From: Pseudomonadota bacterium
GTDB lineage: Bacteria > UBA10199 > 2-02-FULL-44-16 > JAAZCA01
Assembly: GCA_043798915.1 (NCBI GenBank)
Contig: JAZDOG010000086.1
Coordinates: forward strand, 1 to 20,647
Length of the DNA stretch: 20,647 bases
Direction: 5' to 3'
This document shows, piece by piece, positions 18,926-20,647 of this stretch (position 1 is its first letter; every line of letters starts with the position of its first letter). The notes beneath the pieces were generated by a model. That model did not search any database. It had not been told where the DNA came from and saw only the letters and a list, made by a program, of their open reading frames with translations. The translations under genes were made by a program, and so were the position numbers.

Positions 18926-20275
18926 ATGTTATTCTTCACCATCTTCGTATTCATTGCCCTGGCCATCCAGATCGGCATCATCATCTACGCATGGCACGTC
19001 CTGACAAAACCGCTGCATCAGCTGACGGAGATGATGCAGAGGGTGGAGGAAATCGAGCCGGAAAAATTTCTTCCGACGCTCCTGAATCAGCCGATGCCCC
19101 GGAGCGCGTCCAGCGAGGTGAACCGCTTCTACAAGGTGTACCAGAAGCTCCTCCAGAACATCCACGTCCACGAGCTGCACGAGAAGGAGATGGCGGTCCA
19201 GGCTTCCATCGGAAAGATCGCGTCGCACATCGCGCACGACATTCGCTCGCCGCTCTCCGTCCTCGGCGGCTTCATGGGGCTCGTGAAGGACATCGACGAC
19301 CCCGACTTCAACGAATTCAAGGGGGCCGCCGGACGAAGCGTCGATAAGCTTGGCCGCATGGCCGACGACCTGGTCGACTACGCGAGCGCCAAGCAGATCC
19401 AGCCGGCACCGGTGAACATCGGAAAGATCCTGAACGAAGCGGCCGAGGAGTTTGCGAAGACGGCTGCCGAGAGGGAAATCTCAATGGAGGTGAACTGCCA
19501 GGATTCGCTCGCGGCCAGGATCGATGAGCACAAGTTCAACCGCGTCCTCGCGAACATGATCCAGAATGCCGTCCACGCCATTCCGCAGACCGGCGGCAGG
19601 ATAGGCATCAGGGCCCGCCTGGATGAAAAAGGCTGGCTCCGCATCTCCATCGCCGACACGGGCTCCGGGATCGAGGAGAAACACCTCCCGCGGCTCTTCG
19701 ACAGCTCGTTCACCTTCGGGAAGCCCTCCGGCACGGGGCTCAGCCTCTCGTATTGCAAAAACGTCGTGGAGGCCCACGGTGGCCGCATCTCCGTGGAAAG
19801 CAAAGCGGGGAAAGGCAGCACCTTCACGATAGAATTGCCGATCTCCGCCTCCAGGCTGGCTGAAGTCGGACAGCCAGAGGGCAAATTCGAGCTTCCGGCT
19901 GCCAGGGCACAGGATAGTGCGCGCGCGATTCTTGTCGTCGATGACGACGAGCAGATACTCGCTCAATGGAAACATCTCATCGGGGAGCTGACGCAGTTTG
20001 ACATCGTCACGGCCAGCGGCCCCGAGGAGATGCTAAAGATATATCCGACGCCGGAGAGATTTCGCGCCGCCATCTGCGATTACCGCTTCGAGGGAAAAGA
20101 CACGACGGGGATCGACATCATCAAAATCCTTAAGGAAAAGGGCATCTGCTGCCGCTACCTCTGCACCGGATTCTACTACGACCCCGCGCTGCGCGAGGCG
20201 GCCATCGCCGCCGGCGCGCACGCCATCATTCCAAAGCCGATCCCGGATGGACTCGTGAAACAATTGTTCGGATGA
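18926..20275 (+). CDS. Hybrid sensor histidine kinase / receiver protein
   Basis: One N-terminal TM, a HAMP-like segment, H-box AHDIRSPL, N-box NMIQNA, G1 DTGSGI, G2 GTGLSL, and a C-terminal receiver (VVDDD, CDY, CTG, PKP). The start is uncertain; no clear RBS. Confidence 0.85.
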   Translation: MLFFTIFVFIALAIQIGIIIYAWHVLTKPLHQLTEMMQRVEEIEPEKFLPTLLNQPMPRSASSEVNRFYKVYQKLLQNIHVHELHEKEMAVQASIGKIASHIAHDIRSPLSVLGGFMGLVKDIDDPDFNEFKGAAGRSVDKLGRMADDLVDYASAKQIQPAPVNIGKILNEAAEEFAKTAAEREISMEVNCQDSLAARIDEHKFNRVLANMIQNAVHAIPQTGGRIGIRARLDEKGWLRISIADTGSGIEEKHLPRLFDSSFTFGKPSGTGLSLSYCKNVVEAHGGRISVESKAGKGSTFTIELPISASRLAEVGQPEGKFELPAARAQDSARAILVVDDDEQILAQWKHLIGELTQFDIVTASGPEEMLKIYPTPERFRAAICDYRFEGKDTTGIDIIKILKEKGICCRYLCTGFYYDPALREAAIAAGAHAIIPKPIPDGLVKQLFG

Positions 20276-20280
20276 CATGT

Positions 20281-20528
20281 TGTGCAATTTTTCGCAGGGG
20301 AGCCTCATCCCTGGAACCGCGCCAGCTCCCTCCGGCTATTCGTCTTGAAAATAGCGGCGGTTTCAACACCTCATCATACAAAACCTCTGTCGGAACAAGT
20401 TCGGGGCTTCCCTTCGTCAGCCCCTAACTTGTGAAACCGCCGCCATTTTCAAAACTCATACGCCTGCGCTCGCGCATAAGAGGCGCTTAAAGTTCCAGGG
20501 ACGAGACTCCCCTGCGAAAAATTGCACA
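20281..20528 (-). repeat. 248-bp long palindromic element with 37-bp terminal inverted repeats
   Basis: 20281-20317 versus 20492-20528 (35/37). Inner 21-bp stem 20345-20365 versus 20432-20452 (20/21). Hairpin 20396-20408 versus 20419-20431. Confidence 0.85.
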
Positions 20529-20647
20529 CGCTGGATTTTTGGGGGATTTTCAAAGGACGCGAGACTCAATTCGTGAAATAAGTGTCCCCGGAATTATGAG
20601 TATTTTTCACGATTGCTTTTTTCAATGTATAGGCTTGATAAGGTGTT

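Overview
This is a bacterial chromosomal window, mostly GC-rich; the gene content and style suggest a deltaproteobacterium-like organism (inference only). From left to right it holds: a RelE/HigB-HigA-like type II toxin-antitoxin pair with an apparently leaderless promoter; a 268-bp long-palindrome element at the pckA stop; pckA; a divergent envelope-lipid glycosylation cluster (GT2-YdjC deacetylase fusion, two ArnT/GT-C-like membrane transferases, an Aur1/PAP2-like membrane protein); the conserved tRNA-Leu-tig-clpP-clpX-lon block; two SAM methyltransferases coupled to an M20 dipeptidase; a divergent second M20 hydrolase with a sigma54 promoter; a hybrid histidine kinase lacking a sensor domain; and a second, 248-bp long-palindrome element. 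Two things stand out. (1) There are three palindromic elements. The two long ones have unrelated terminal repeats but share a strand-specific fold (G.T and G.A mismatches, same CGCAG/CGGAG internal motif); the third is a 78-bp element inserted in frame in a glycosyltransferase gene. (2) The GT2-deacetylase/GT-C/Aur1-like cluster may be an undescribed amino-sugar lipid modification pathway. All pairings and motifs were read by eye; no searches were run.
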